Assembly (NCBI GenBank): GCA_013239625.1
Contig: MU055549.1
Location: 1 to 64,000 of the forward strand
Length of the DNA stretch: 64,000 nt
Direction of reading: 5' to 3'
From: Lama guanicoe
Taxonomy: Eukaryota
Below are positions 1 to 11,550 of this stretch, in pieces. The translations under genes and the position numbers were made by a program. Each line of letters starts with the position of its first letter. Position 1 is the first letter of the stretch. The notes beneath the pieces were generated by a model. That model saw nothing but the letters and a program-made list of their open reading frames with translations. It was not told where the DNA came from and searched no databases.

Positions 1-420
1 GAATACATAAGCAAGTTAGGGTACATGGAAGGAGGGCAAATGACACCCTAAAATAAATCTCTTTGGCATGAAGATTACAATGGGTAGATTTCTTTAAAAA
101 ATAAGACACATGAGACTCTATGAAACCCAAGTCAAGTTTGCCTTTTGTAAGGCACATTTACATTTATAAGGGAACTCTCCATTTGAAAAATAATCTCCCT
201 TTCTGTACCAGGAATAAAAGAAAGACCAAATCTCAAAAAAAAATTATCAATAGAGAAGGCTAAGATTTAAATCTATATGATGAACATAACCTTCCTTTCT
301 CTTGCTGTTAGAGAAAGACGGTATTTCAGGTGAAGTCGTGGGCCATCTCAGGGAATTACTCAATTTCCTGGGCATCTCCCATGCTTAAAGTAGCTACACA
401 AGTTATTGAACTTGTTTGTA
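1..420 (+). mobile_element. MER34/MER39-like ERV1 LTR fragment, end of a preceding copy of the tandem module
   Basis: 'caccctaaaataaatctctttggcatgaagatta...gtttgccttttgtaaggcacatttacattt...tcaatagagaagg' aligns by eye with 10050-10390 and 2975-3120 and resembles the recalled MER34-type LTR start. Confidence 0.55.
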
Positions 421-599
421 CAATTATGTGAAGGAAGTTAATACCACAGAAATGTGTATTTGAAATGATTTCAGTTAAAAGTGTCATATGTATTTTTAAT
501 CACAGTGAAAATCATGTAGGGATGTAGAACTGATACAAATTACACCATTAACAAACACTGAAAAGATCCCTAGTGGAAAGAGCCGTAAAGAAAAGTTTC

Positions 600-3500
600 C
601 CCAGATCACATGGTCTTCGCGTGTGCTTTACATCCATCAAGGCTGTCAAATGAGAGTCTCAGTAACAAACCCAGAAACAGAGAACCAGCAGCTGGACCAA
701 GTGGTGGCAGCTGAAGGGGGCCGGCGGGTCACACAGTGATGCGGAAGCCACACGGCTTCTTCACTGGTGGGTATATGATGGCTCCTCGGGAGACTACCCC
801 TGTTTGGGGTAAAACGCCCTATGGTATTTTGTATAAAGTGGCAACTGTGAGTAGTTTTTACCATCAAAGAAATTACTGGAAAGTCCATTACTTTTCAAAA
901 CAACCATATCAATACCACGGCAGAGAAGTTGATAAGACAGACATCAAACCTTGCTATAGAAGCCAAGACTCACCCAGACCAAGGTCAGCTAGAGTTGTGA
1001 TGCTCATCGCCCTTGTAGGAGTCCACTTGTTATTAAGAGTCACTGTGGGAGGAGTATACCCATAGCCAGCAAGTCTTGGATCCTGTGCACGACCTGGGAT
1101 GCAGGAGAAACAGTGAGATTTTAACATTACAATTTTCCACAACACTTAACAAACAGTTGTTAAATAAATTCAGTAAAGTTCAATTTGAAATCAATGTACA
1201 AAAATCAGTTGCATTTCTATACACCAATAATAATCCATCAGAAGGAAAATTTAAGGAAACAGTCACATTTATAATTGTACCAAAAAGAAGGAAATAACTA
1301 GGAACAAATTTAACCAAGGATGTGAAAGACCTGTACTCAAAAAACTATATAGCATTGAGTAAGAAGTTAAAGACACAAATAAACAGAAAAATACTCTGTA
1401 CTCATGGACTGGAAGAATTACTAGTATTAAATTATTGATTCTACCCAAAACTATCAACAAATTCACTGCAACATCAATATAATGTTCAATGGTATATTTC
1501 ATTGAAATAGAAATAACAATCCTACTATTAATATAGAACAACTAAGGACCCTGAGCAGCCAGAGAAGTTCTGAGACAGGAGGACACAACTGGAGGCATCT
1601 CCCTCTCTAGCATCAAACTGTATCATGGAGCTGTAGTAACCACAACCGTGAGGAACTGGCACAAACACAGACACACGGACGAGGGTAACAGCATAAAGAG
1701 CCCAGAAATAAACACACATGGCTGTGGTCAGTTAATTCATGAAAATGGGGCCAAGGACATACAAAGAGGGAAGGACACTCCCCTCAATAAACATTGCCAG
1801 GAAAATGGGACGCCAAGCACCAAAGAACATCACTGGTCACCAGCTCCATTGCACACAAAACCAACTAAAACCCCACAGTTATCCACATCAACCTCTTTCT
1901 GAGGTTCCTCTGAAGACAGAGCTCCCCCGAACAGTCAGCTGCACACAGGAAGCTTCTCCCCACTTTTTTTTTTCCCACTCTTATGTTGCCTTTTCATGGC
2001 GATGCTCAAGAAAACTCACCCCATGACAGCATGGACACAGGCCCACTGTCTAGAAGATGAAGCCCTGACAGTCCTGAAGAGACCAAGCCCCAGCTAGCTG
2101 TGCAAGGGGCCAAGTCCATGGGCAGAATGCACCTGTGCCCTATGGGTCAGAGGTGGATCTGGCGCCCTGCTGTGGACCATCAGAAAAGTTCAGGGGATGC
2201 TGAGCTCACAAAGCCCAGAGTCCTCATCCTGAATTATGCTGTCTCAAAAACTGATTAAGGAGCAATTAATTAAAAAACATATAGAATGAAGAGAACATAG
2301 GCACAGACTTTACAACTGATAGCAAAATTCACTCAAGATTGCCCATAGACAAATTTAAATGGCAAAACTATATAAATCTTAAAAGGAAAAGGGAGAAAAT
2401 ATGTAAGACCTTGGTTCTGGTGATGAGTTTAAACTCACAACAACAAGTGCCTATCTACACATCAACACAAAATTAATGACATGGACGTTATAGAACTATA
2501 GACATCTACTCTGTGAAAGATCTTATTCATAAAGGCAAAAAAGAAACCACACACTAGCAGAAAGTATTTGCAAAATGTGAATCTGATAAAGGATTTGTAC
2601 TCAAGTTACACCAATAAAATCTAGAACAAACAACCCCATTAAAAATGGATAAAGATAGAAACAAACATCTGGCTAAAGAAGGTACACAGACAGAAAATAA
2701 TCATACAAAAAGATATTCAAGATCCTAGTGGAATACAGGTACGGCCAACTTTGGAAGACAGTTCGGCAGTTTCTTCCAAAGTTAAACAGTCTCAACTTAG
2801 AATCTAAAAAAATCATCTCTTGAATTCAGTCAACTGCTTTGAAAAACTGTTCCAATAAAAACTAACATCAAGTAATGCACAGGAGGTCTATTCATAATGG
2901 CTTAGAAACTCAAGTGATCAGTGTGCCCTTCTGTAGATGAACTCATAAGCAAAGTAGTGCACATTCATGCCACGGGGAGCAGAATGTGCCATCCCCCAAA
3001 TAGGTCTGTAGCCTAATGACTACTACAATCTGAGTAATTTATTTAAAAAAAAAAAAAGGCTCTCAGAAAACTGAGTAGAGGTTGCCCTTTTGTGAGGGAG
3101 ATTTCCATTTCTTACAGAAAAAAGTCAATTATGTGATCAAGTAAGTGGTAGTGTCACAGGATGGAATACAGGATGTAACACAGGCTCTGTATTAGAAATG
3201 TATGAAAACACTCAGTGATGCCAGTGGAGCAGAAGGTGCCAGCCTCAGTAACTGCAGAAATGAATTAAACGTGTAGACTACAGGGAAAACATACTGCACA
3301 TAAACAGTGGGATCTGTAAGATCCATCCCACAGGGGCAGGAGGTAAGAATACTCAAACCAGTCATCTGGAGTAGAATGGGAAATGAATTGAATGGATGAA
3401 GATGGTGGGGGATTCTACTGTCTGACTGGGAGTTACAGATAAGCAGGGGGAAGATGTACCCTGTCCATACAATAATGGATCATGTTGGAGGCATCAGTAT

Positions 3501-4560
3501 AAACCCATCTTCTGCTTAACATGAATACAGACATTTCCACATAGAAATCTCTATAATTAGGAGTGTATACTATAGGGAAGGGGAAAATTTCACTCTCTCT
3601 CCCTCTTGACTTCTTGTGGCTGGACTAATAATAAAACAAATGCAAGACAGAGCCACAGGAGAAAAGGAAATTTTAATTCCTACACACAGAAGTCTCATAG
3701 AAATGGGAAGTAAGAAGTAGTGAAAACAGGCAGATTTTATACATCTAGAAAACTATACATTTGCTAGCAACTAACAGCCCAAAGAAATGTAGCTTCTGGG
3801 TACTCAGTGAAGAATCTAAAGAGTTTGGGCTTGGGGTGGTAAATCAAAGGAGTTACAAGTTATGTTTATATGCACCTCTGAACCTTTCACATGACAGGCT
3901 TATTTCCTGCTTTTATGGAGATAGAGCAGGGGTCAAAGTGTCCCTCTTGCTTTGGCCATTTCTAAGTAACTTAAATTTAAAACACTATGTGGTTGTGGCA
4001 GATTGGGGGGGATGGTGCTCCCTGAGCAACAACAATACACTAACGTGGGAACATATGCATACATTTCCTTGCATTCTCAGTGGAGAACATTTTCCTCCCA
4101 TATGTAAATTCTTAATACCATTCTCTAATTAAAGGAGTCAGGACTCTTTGAAGAAATGGCTTATATTAGAACTGAGACAGTCAATATATGAGCCAGGATA
4201 ATCTTGACTCTTGTATCAGAAAGTAAGGAAGTACCAGGGGGAAAAAAAAAAACAAAATATGGAATGATCTCAAAGGAAACAGGAGCCAATGAAAGAGTTC
4301 TCAGTAGCCAAAGCAGGAATGAACTGAGCTACCAAACCTGTAGTGCTGGATTATAATCAAAAGATTAAAATAACTATCCAGGTGTCCACAATGGTGAAGT
4401 TAAATGATGACATAGTTTTGTTTTGTTTTTAATAAGTGAGATTGAATAGAAAACTCCTATGCAGAAATGTTCCTAATAATCCATGACATCCATCAAGGAG
4501 GTGGAGCTTATGCCCCCTCTCCTGAAGTATAGGTTCCACATAGTGACCTCCTCCTGTTTA
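600..4560. repeat. Tandem duplication module, copy 1 (unique segment - L1 - promoter/exon-like segment - L1 - LTR - old L1 3' end)
   Basis: Colinear similarity to 6775-10390 and 19920-22200. Examples: 'gatgctcatcgcccttgtaggag' ~999 vs 'gatgctaattgcccttgtaggat' ~7217; 'caaaaccaactaaaaccccacag' ~1856 vs ~8284 and ~20452; 'caaaggaaacaggagccaatg' 4271 vs ~21906. Confidence 0.8.
1150..1860 (+). mobile_element. LINE-1 ORF2 3' region fragment (decayed)
   Basis: ORF fragments 'INVQKSVAFLYTNN' and 'SPEINTHGCGQLI...GAK' match L1 ORF2 motifs. Confidence 0.85.
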
Positions 4561-4831
4561 GGTCAGAAGCAAAGAGAGTCTGAGATCCCATTGCTGGGCA
4601 TGTATCCAGAGGAACACTCTAATGTGAAAAGACACTCTTTTTTTTTTTACTGCAGTGGGCAAGATAAAATTGGGGAGAAAATTGTGTTTTCAACAAGTGG
4701 TGCCAGGCAATTGTCTATCCAGTGAAATTTTTTCATTTCTAAGAGAAATGAAATTGGATCCCTGCTTCATACCACATGCAAAATTAACTCAAGATACATA
4801 AAAAGCTAAAATTTAAAGAGTGGTAAAGTGA

Positions 4832-5172
4832 CAATCAGCCGTCATCTGCTGATTCCACATTTCCAGAACCAGTCTCCTTCAGATAAAAAAAATAATAATA
4901 ATTTGAGATAGTTCCATAAAGAAAAACTTGAACTTGTGGCATGCCAGAAACTATTTAAATAACATTATATTTTCTTCACAATTATTTACATACCATTTAC
5001 ATTGTATTATTTAGTATAAGTGATCTAGAGATGATTTTAAGTATACAGGAAGCTGTGCTTAGATTATTTGCCAATACTACACCATTTTATATAATGGATT
5101 TGAGCACCGACAGATATTTAGTATCCACAGGGTGTCCTGGAACCAATACCTCACAGATAGGGAGGAAAGCTG
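4832..5172 (+). mobile_element. MER2-like (Tigger-derived) DNA transposon fossil
   Basis: 'catttacattgtatta...gatctagagatgattttaagtatac...tcctggaaccaatacc' matches the recalled MER2 consensus. Confidence 0.75.
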
Positions 5173-5174
5173 TA

Positions 5175-6770
5175 TAAACTCTCAAAGAAACAATGGGGAT
5201 AAGTCATCATGACCTTGGACTTAGCAACTTTTTTAGATTTGATAGCAAACACAACAAGGAAAGAAAAAAATAAATTGCCTTTCCTCAAAATTAAAGACAT
5301 TTGTACATCAAAGATGCTATCCAGAAACTGAAAAGATAGCACACAAAATCAAAGAAAATATTTGCACATTATATACTTGAAAAAAATTTTATCAAGAATA
5401 TATCAAGAACTTTTACAACTCATAAAAAGACAAAACAAACCCAATTTTTATCATGGTAAAAGGACTTAAATACACCCTTCTCTATATGTACACTATATGT
5501 AAATAAAAAAAAAAAGTACAGTATATTGTATATATTTATTTACATGCAATATAATGTATATGTGCAGTCAAACAGTAATCATCTACCTAATAAAAGTGAA
5601 AAATAAGAAAAATCAATCAATAAATAAAATTAAATATTTTTTAAAGTAGACCCTTCTCCAGACAAGACAAATAGTCAACAAGCACATGAAAAAATGTTTA
5701 AACTCAGTCATGATGGAAATGTAAATTAATACCATAATGCCATACCCTTTCAAGCACACTAGAAGCCCTACAATCCAGAAAACTGAAAAAAAAAAAAAAA
5801 GGAAAAGTGTAGAGAAATTGAAACTTTTAAACATTACTTGGAAAATTGGAAAATGGTACAGCTCAAGTTTCCAGTTTGTCATTTCCTCAAAAAGATAAAA
5901 ATACAGTTACTGATGGTTCAACAACTTCACTCCTAGATATAGACCCCAAAACATTAAAAATAGGTGTTCAAACAAAAAAAGGTACACAAATATTCATAGC
6001 AGCACTATTCACAATGGCCCCAAAGGTAGAACAATTGAAATGTCCATCAAAGGCTAAATAGATAAACAGATAGTGTACATCCATAAACTGCCATATTATT
6101 CTGCCATATAAAACAATAACATGATGCAGCCATGGTGGAGAACCAGACAGGAGTTCCTCAAAAACTTACACATGGGGTTGCCATGTGATCCATCAATTCC
6201 ACTTCAGGGTATATATTCAAAATATTTGAAAGCAGAATCTGGAAAACAGATGGGTACACCCATATTCATAGCAGCATTAATCAAAATAGCAAAAGGTGNN
6301 NNNNNNNNNNNNNNNNNNNNNNNNNNNNNNNNNNNNNNNNNNNNNNNNNNNNNNNNNNNNNNNNNNNNNNNNNNNNNNNNNNNNNNNNNNNNNNNNNNNN
6401 NNNNNNNNNNNNNNNNNNNNNNNNNNNNNNNNNNNNNNNNNNNNNNNNNNNNNNNNNNNNNNNNNNNNNNNNNNNNATTCAGAGATAGAAAGAATGTCAT
6501 TGCCAGGGACTGAGGAAAGTTAGTGGTTAATGAATATAGAGTTTCACTTGGGGAAAATGAGTAAGTTCTGGAGATGGATGGTGAGGTATCTGTACAACAA
6601 TATGAATTTAGTTAATACCACACAACTGCATAGTTAAATGGCTTAAATGGTAAATGTTATGTTCTGCCTTTTTAACCACAATGAAAAATGTGAATGAATC
6701 GCTAATGATACATGTTACAACCTGGATGAACATTGAAAACATCCTAAGTGAAAGAAGCCACATAGAAGAG
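5175..6770 (+). mobile_element. LINE-1 3' fragments (contains an assembly gap)
   Basis: 'PCDPSIPLQGIY', 'IFIAALFTMA' and L1 3' UTR-like text. Confidence 0.8.
6299..6476. other. Assembly gap (N run)
   Basis: 178 consecutive N. Confidence 1.
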
Positions 6771-7471
6771 GCAACCCAGATGGTACTCATCTCATGCGCT
6801 TTAAATCCATTAAGATTTTGAAAAAGAGGGAAACTCTCAGTAACAGTTTCAGAAAAAGAAAACTTGCACAGTATGGAAAAAAGGATTTGCATAAGTTGGG
6901 GCCATGCTGAGGCTGAAGTGGGCCTGTGGATGGGATTACAAGGTGGAACCATAAAATTTCTTCATTTAGGGTTTATGCGCTGGTTCCCTGGGAGAGTATC
7001 CCAGTTTTAGTTAAAACCCACTGGAGTATTTTAAGTGAGGTGGAAATGTGAGTACTTTTTACAGCTATTTAAAGTTTTTTATACGTTTGAAATTACTAGA
7101 AACTAAATTACTTTTGAAAACAACCACATGTCAACACCACACCAAAAAAGCAGAGAAGACATCAGATTTCCTTATAGAGGCTAACCTTTAACCAGATCCA
7201 GCTCACCCAAAGTACTGATGCTAATTGCCCTTGTAGGATTCCAAAGGTAATTTAGAGGCACTGTGGGAAGATTAGGAGCCACTGTGTCTTGCATGCTGTG
7301 GATGACCTGGATGTAGTCCAAAGAGGGCAATTCTGAATTCTAGTTTTCTACATCAAACCATCAAAAAATTTTTGAACTAATGAATCATTGCAGTAAAGCT
7401 ACAAGGTACAACATCAATACACAAAAATCAGTTGTCTTTCCATACATTAATAATGAAATATCAGAAAGAGT

Positions 7472-7620
7472 CTTTTTTTTTAATGTTTTCTTTTATTTTT
7501 TTGGAGAGGGAGGTATTTGGGTTTACTCATTTATTTATTTTTAGAGGAGGTACTGGGATTGAACCCAGGACCTCATGCATGCTAAGCATGCACTCTACCA
7601 CTTGAGCTATACCCTCCTCC
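7472..7620 (-). mobile_element. tRNA-derived SINE (camelid type)
   Basis: The reverse complement reads GGAGGGTATAGCTCAAGTGGTAGAG (A box)...GGGTTCAATCCC (B box) then an A-rich tail. Flanked by the direct repeat agaaagag. Confidence 0.85.
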
Positions 7621-8979
7621 CAAGAAAGAGAATTTTTTTTAAATCCCATTTATAATTGAGTCAAAAAAAAAAAGACCCTAGCAATAAATTTAATCAAGTA
7701 CATGAAAGACCTGAACACTGAAAATTCTAAGACACTGAGGAAAGAAGCTGAACAGACACAAATAAATGGAAAAATATCCTGTGCTCACAGAGAGAAAGAA
7801 TTAATAATGTTAAAAGCAGTGTTCAAATTCAAAGCAACCCTGGTCAAATCACTTTGCCCTACACCAGAAAATAGCGGAACATTGTAAAATGACTATACTT
7901 CAGTGAAATAAAATAAACTTCAGCGGCATTTTTCACAGAAACAGAACAAACATTCCTAACATTTGTGTGGAAACACAGAGGACCCTGAACAGCCAAAGGG
8001 ATGCTGTGAGAGAACAGGCTGGAGGCATCTCCTTCCCTAACTTCACACTGCATTATGAAACAACAGTCACCAAAAAAAGTGTGGAATTGTCACAAAAACA
8101 GGGACATGGAACAGAGGAACAGGTAGAGAGCCCACAAATAAACCTACAGATATGTGGTCAATTGAGTCACAAGAAAGGAGCCAGGAACCTACACCAGAGA
8201 TAGGACAGTCCCCTGAACAAATGGCCCTGGGAAAACTGGACACCACACACCAAAGAAGGACCCAGCACACTCTACACCACACACAAAACCTGACTAAAAC
8301 CCACAGCTTCTCACATCCAGCCCTTCCTCTCCTGGGCCTCTGAGGAGGGAATCCCCTCAGCAGTCAGCCTCTCACAGGAAACTTCTCCTCACTTTCCCTC
8401 ACTTTTCCTTCCTCCTCACCTTCCCTTCAGTGCAGCACCGCCTGTTGGATCCTGAGGAGACTGTGCTCCTGTCAGCACGAACATAACTCCCTGTTGTCCC
8501 GAAGCCCCAGCAGGTCCAAAGGAGATGCAGCTCCAGGCAGCTGCGCAGGACGCCAAATCCTTGGGCCGAACGCACGCACGTTCCCGCTGCAGCTGGGGGA
8601 GGCGGGCTCTGGGCCGTGCCAGCCAATGGGAGTGCGGGGACCCAGCTGCCATCACAGCCAGCGGAGGCCCCACCCTGACTGCAGATCTGCTCAATTCTTT
8701 AAACTGGAAATTCAAACTGAAATAGAGCCAAATATCTGTAACTCCTCCAAATTGTTAAGGGACAATTAATTGGAAGCCATGTGGAATGAAGTAAATGGAG
8801 ACACAAACTTTAAGACTTACAACAAATTCATTCAAATTTATTCATACACAACTATCAAAATTACAGAGATAAACAAAAGAAAATCTACATGACCTTGGGT
8901 TTAGTCACGTAGATTATAACCTTTGAATTTTATCACACAACACAAGAAGCCAATCCACAAAAAACTAGTATTATGGACT

Positions 8980-9448
8980 TGTGAATGAAATTACTGCAAT
9001 GTGAATGAAAATACTGCAACCATATCAGTAAACAAAGAATGCTGAAACCAAGTCATCAGTGGCTGCTGCCACCCCCCAGTGAGGACAGGCCTGCAGCACA
9101 GCCTCTGCAGCCACTCTCAATGGTGCACTCTGAGGGGACTCAGAATAAGAAAGGACAGGATAGCTAGGTGCTTGTCAAAAGAATGAATTCAGTGAGCCCA
9201 GATGTTTGCTTCCTCCCATACATAGAAAAGCACTAAATTCTTTAACTTGAGGTGCCTGTTTTTCTTTAGATAACAAGCAATCTTTTATAGTCCCAACTAC
9301 CTGGTCTTTGTTGTAAAGCTCCTATATATCCTAGCCCCTCCCCTACCTCTTTGGAGCGGTCCCTCTGAGCAATCTGAGAGGCTCCAGTCCTCCCGCCAAA
9401 TAAAACACAACTCTTAACTTTTAGGCTGCGCATTTATTTCAGTTGGCA
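8980..9448 (+). mobile_element. Solo LTR of the same ERV1 family as the 10.6-18.1 kb provirus
   Basis: TG...CA ends, perfect 4-bp TSD GACT (8976-8979 and 9449-9452), AATAAA near the 3' end, colinear with both proviral LTRs. The first 20 bp are tandemly duplicated. Confidence 0.9.
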
Positions 9449-10394
9449 GACTTTATGAAAGATTTCTACTGTTGAATGACCTTATTCAGAAAGCCAAAAG
9501 ACAAGCCACAAACTGTGACAAAAATATTTACAAAACAGGTATCTGATAAATTACTTGGACTCATAATATACAAACAACTCAAAAATAAGCCCATAAAAAT
9601 GCATAAAGATCTGAGCAGACACCCACCCAGGAAGACATACAAATAGTAAATAAGCATACAAAAAAAAGTTGCTCAACATCATATACCATTAGGAAATTAC
9701 AAACTGAAATCACGAGATACCATGACACACCTGTTAGAACTGCTAAACTACAAAACTACGACAACCCCGTTGCTGGTGGGGAGGAACAACAGGGCTCTAC
9801 CTCACTGCTGCTGGAACTCATGCACAGCCACTTCATAAGATAGGTTGACAGGTTTTCCCAAAGGTGAACAAGTCTCACCTTGGGATCCAACAATCCTGCT
9901 TCCACTATTTAGGCTACTGCTTTGAAGAACTATGTCCAAACACAAACTAGGATGCAGCTACGCACAGCAGCTCTTCTCATAATGGCTAAAAACTTGAAAT
10001 CGGGATGTCCTTCAGTAGATGAAGCGTAAGTGAACTGGGGTACATCCATGTCAGGAGGAGCAGTATAAGCTGCCCTAAAATAGGCCTCTTTTGCATAAGG
10101 ATTAGTCTGGTCTGACTAATTTTTTAAAAATCATGGAAAACCGAGTAGAGGTTCCCCTTTGTGAGCGACATTTACATTTATTAGGAAAATCTACATTTGT
10201 AAGGGTGTGTGCCTTTTGGTACCAGAAACAGAAGGATGATTAAACCTCAAGTAACCCTTATCAATGGAGAAGGCCTAACTTAAATCTGTATAACAAACAC
10301 ACCCTTGTTGCTGAGCTTTCATGATAACCTGCCACAGACAACTTCCTGCCTCCCCAAGGCCTTGCTTTTGTTTTTAGCTAAAGGTCATATTTAA

Positions 10395-10594
10395 GGTGAT
10401 GCCCCCACCCAGCCTTTCCTCTTCCCCCCTGGACCCCTCTCCCAAGCCAGATGCCTCTGTCCAACCACTGTGTCCCCCTCTCACCTTGGCTAACAGGTCT
10501 GCTGTAACCCACCTGCCCCAACCCAGCCTTTCCTTTTCTCATACCCCCGACCTCTCTCCCAGGCCAGATGCATCTGCCCAACCACTGCATCCCC
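10395..10594. repeat. ~117-bp tandem duplication; second copy split by the nested LTR/ERV insertion
   Basis: 'cccagcctttcc...ccagatgcctctgtccaaccactg..cccc' occurs twice. The second copy's continuation 'cccctctcaccttgg' resumes at 18416. Confidence 0.75.
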
Positions 10595-10613
10595 CGTTAG
10601 GTAGTTTAGATAT

Positions 10614-11089
10614 TGTGAATGAAAAATACTGCAAACCGTATCAGTAAGCAAAGAATGCTGAAGCTATCAAGTCATCAGCAGTTGGTGCCATCCCGAGTGA
10701 AGACAACCTTACAGCCCAGCCTCTGCAGCCACTCACAATGGTGCACTCTGAGGGGACACAGAATAATAAAAGACAAGGTACTGGCCCTAGATAGCTAGGT
10801 GCTTGTCGAAGGAATGAATTCAGTGAGCACAAATGTTTGCTTCCTCCCATACATAGAAAAGCACTAAATTCTTTAATTTGAGATGCCTGTTTTTCTTTGA
10901 TAACAAGTAATCTTTTATTGTTCCAACTACCTGGTCTTTGTTGCAAAGCGCCTATATATCCTAGCCCCTCCCCACCTCTTTGGAGCAGTCCCTCAGAGCG
11001 ATCTGAGAGGCTGTCATCCTGGCTCGAGTTCTCCCACCAAATAAAACATAACTCTCAACTTTTAGGCTGTACATTTATTTCAGTCAACA
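10614..11089 (+). repeat. 5' LTR of provirus
   Basis: TGTGAATG...GTCAACA, TATATA box ~10953, AATAAA ~11040. Confidence 0.9.
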
Positions 11090-11093
11090 GTTA

Positions 11094-11113
11094 TGGTGAA
11101 CACGACAAGGGAC
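11094..11113 (+). promoter_or_regulatory. Primer-binding site, degenerate tRNA-Arg type
   Basis: TGGTGAACACGACAAGGGAC lies just after the 5' LTR. It resembles TGGCGACCACGAAGGGAC, the complement of the recalled tRNA-Arg(UCG) 3' end, with CpG decay and a 2-nt insertion. Confidence 0.6.
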
Positions 11114-11310
11114 CCAGAGCAGACTTCTCTCCTTCACCTGAACTCTATGAGGAAATAGAGCCTTGGTACCAGCAGAGGCCCTTTGTGCCCATCCGCCTCC
11201 TCAGGGAGTCCAGGCAAATTTGGGTGAGTCTCTCCTGGTTCTCAGATCTCCCATATTGATTGATGATTCTGAGTTTTATTTGGCGGTGTATCCAGGTACC
11301 TGGCCCTCCA

Positions 11311-11550
11311 GTTGAAAGATACCGGGGTGGGGAGATACCCACCCAGTGGAGACTTGCTGGGTGGGGCCTGGTTGAAAGACACCGGGGAAATGCCCACCTA
11401 GAGGAGACATCCTAGGTAGGGCTGTTTGAAAGACATCAGGGAGGTGCCCACCTTGAGGAGACATCCGAGGTGGGGCTGGCCGAAAGATACCAGGGAAATC
11501 CCCACCCAGTGGAGATTTCCTGGGTGGGGCCACGTTGAAAGATACCGGGG
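11311..11550 (+). repeat. Tandem 54-60-bp hairpin-containing repeats in the ERV leader (4 units plus a partial)
   Basis: Units start at GTTGAAAGA-like motifs (11311, 11371, ~11425, ~11479, 11534). Each contains CCCACC-NNG / GGAGA loop / CNNGGTRGG. Confidence 0.85.

Larger units (their letters stand above)
6775..10390. repeat. Tandem duplication module, copy 2 (with its own SINE and solo-LTR insertions)
   Basis: Colinear with copy 1 from 'ccagat..gtgctttacatccat' through the MER34-like LTR. Confidence 0.8.

Noticed and set aside
995-1055. Possible pre-miRNA or snoRNA in the duplicated exon-like block
   Set aside because: Pairing depends mostly on G-U pairs and is interrupted; no proper C/D or H/ACA boxes shared by both copies.
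7545-7620. tRNA gene (also 30118-30190)
   Set aside because: tRNA-like head followed by an A-rich tail, with a TSD at the first copy and diverged stems: a SINE, not a tRNA gene.
11311-11550. CRISPR-like look (periodic GTTGAAAG motif with palindromes)
   Set aside because: The 'spacers' are homologous to each other, the array lies inside a mammalian ERV leader, and there are no cas genes.
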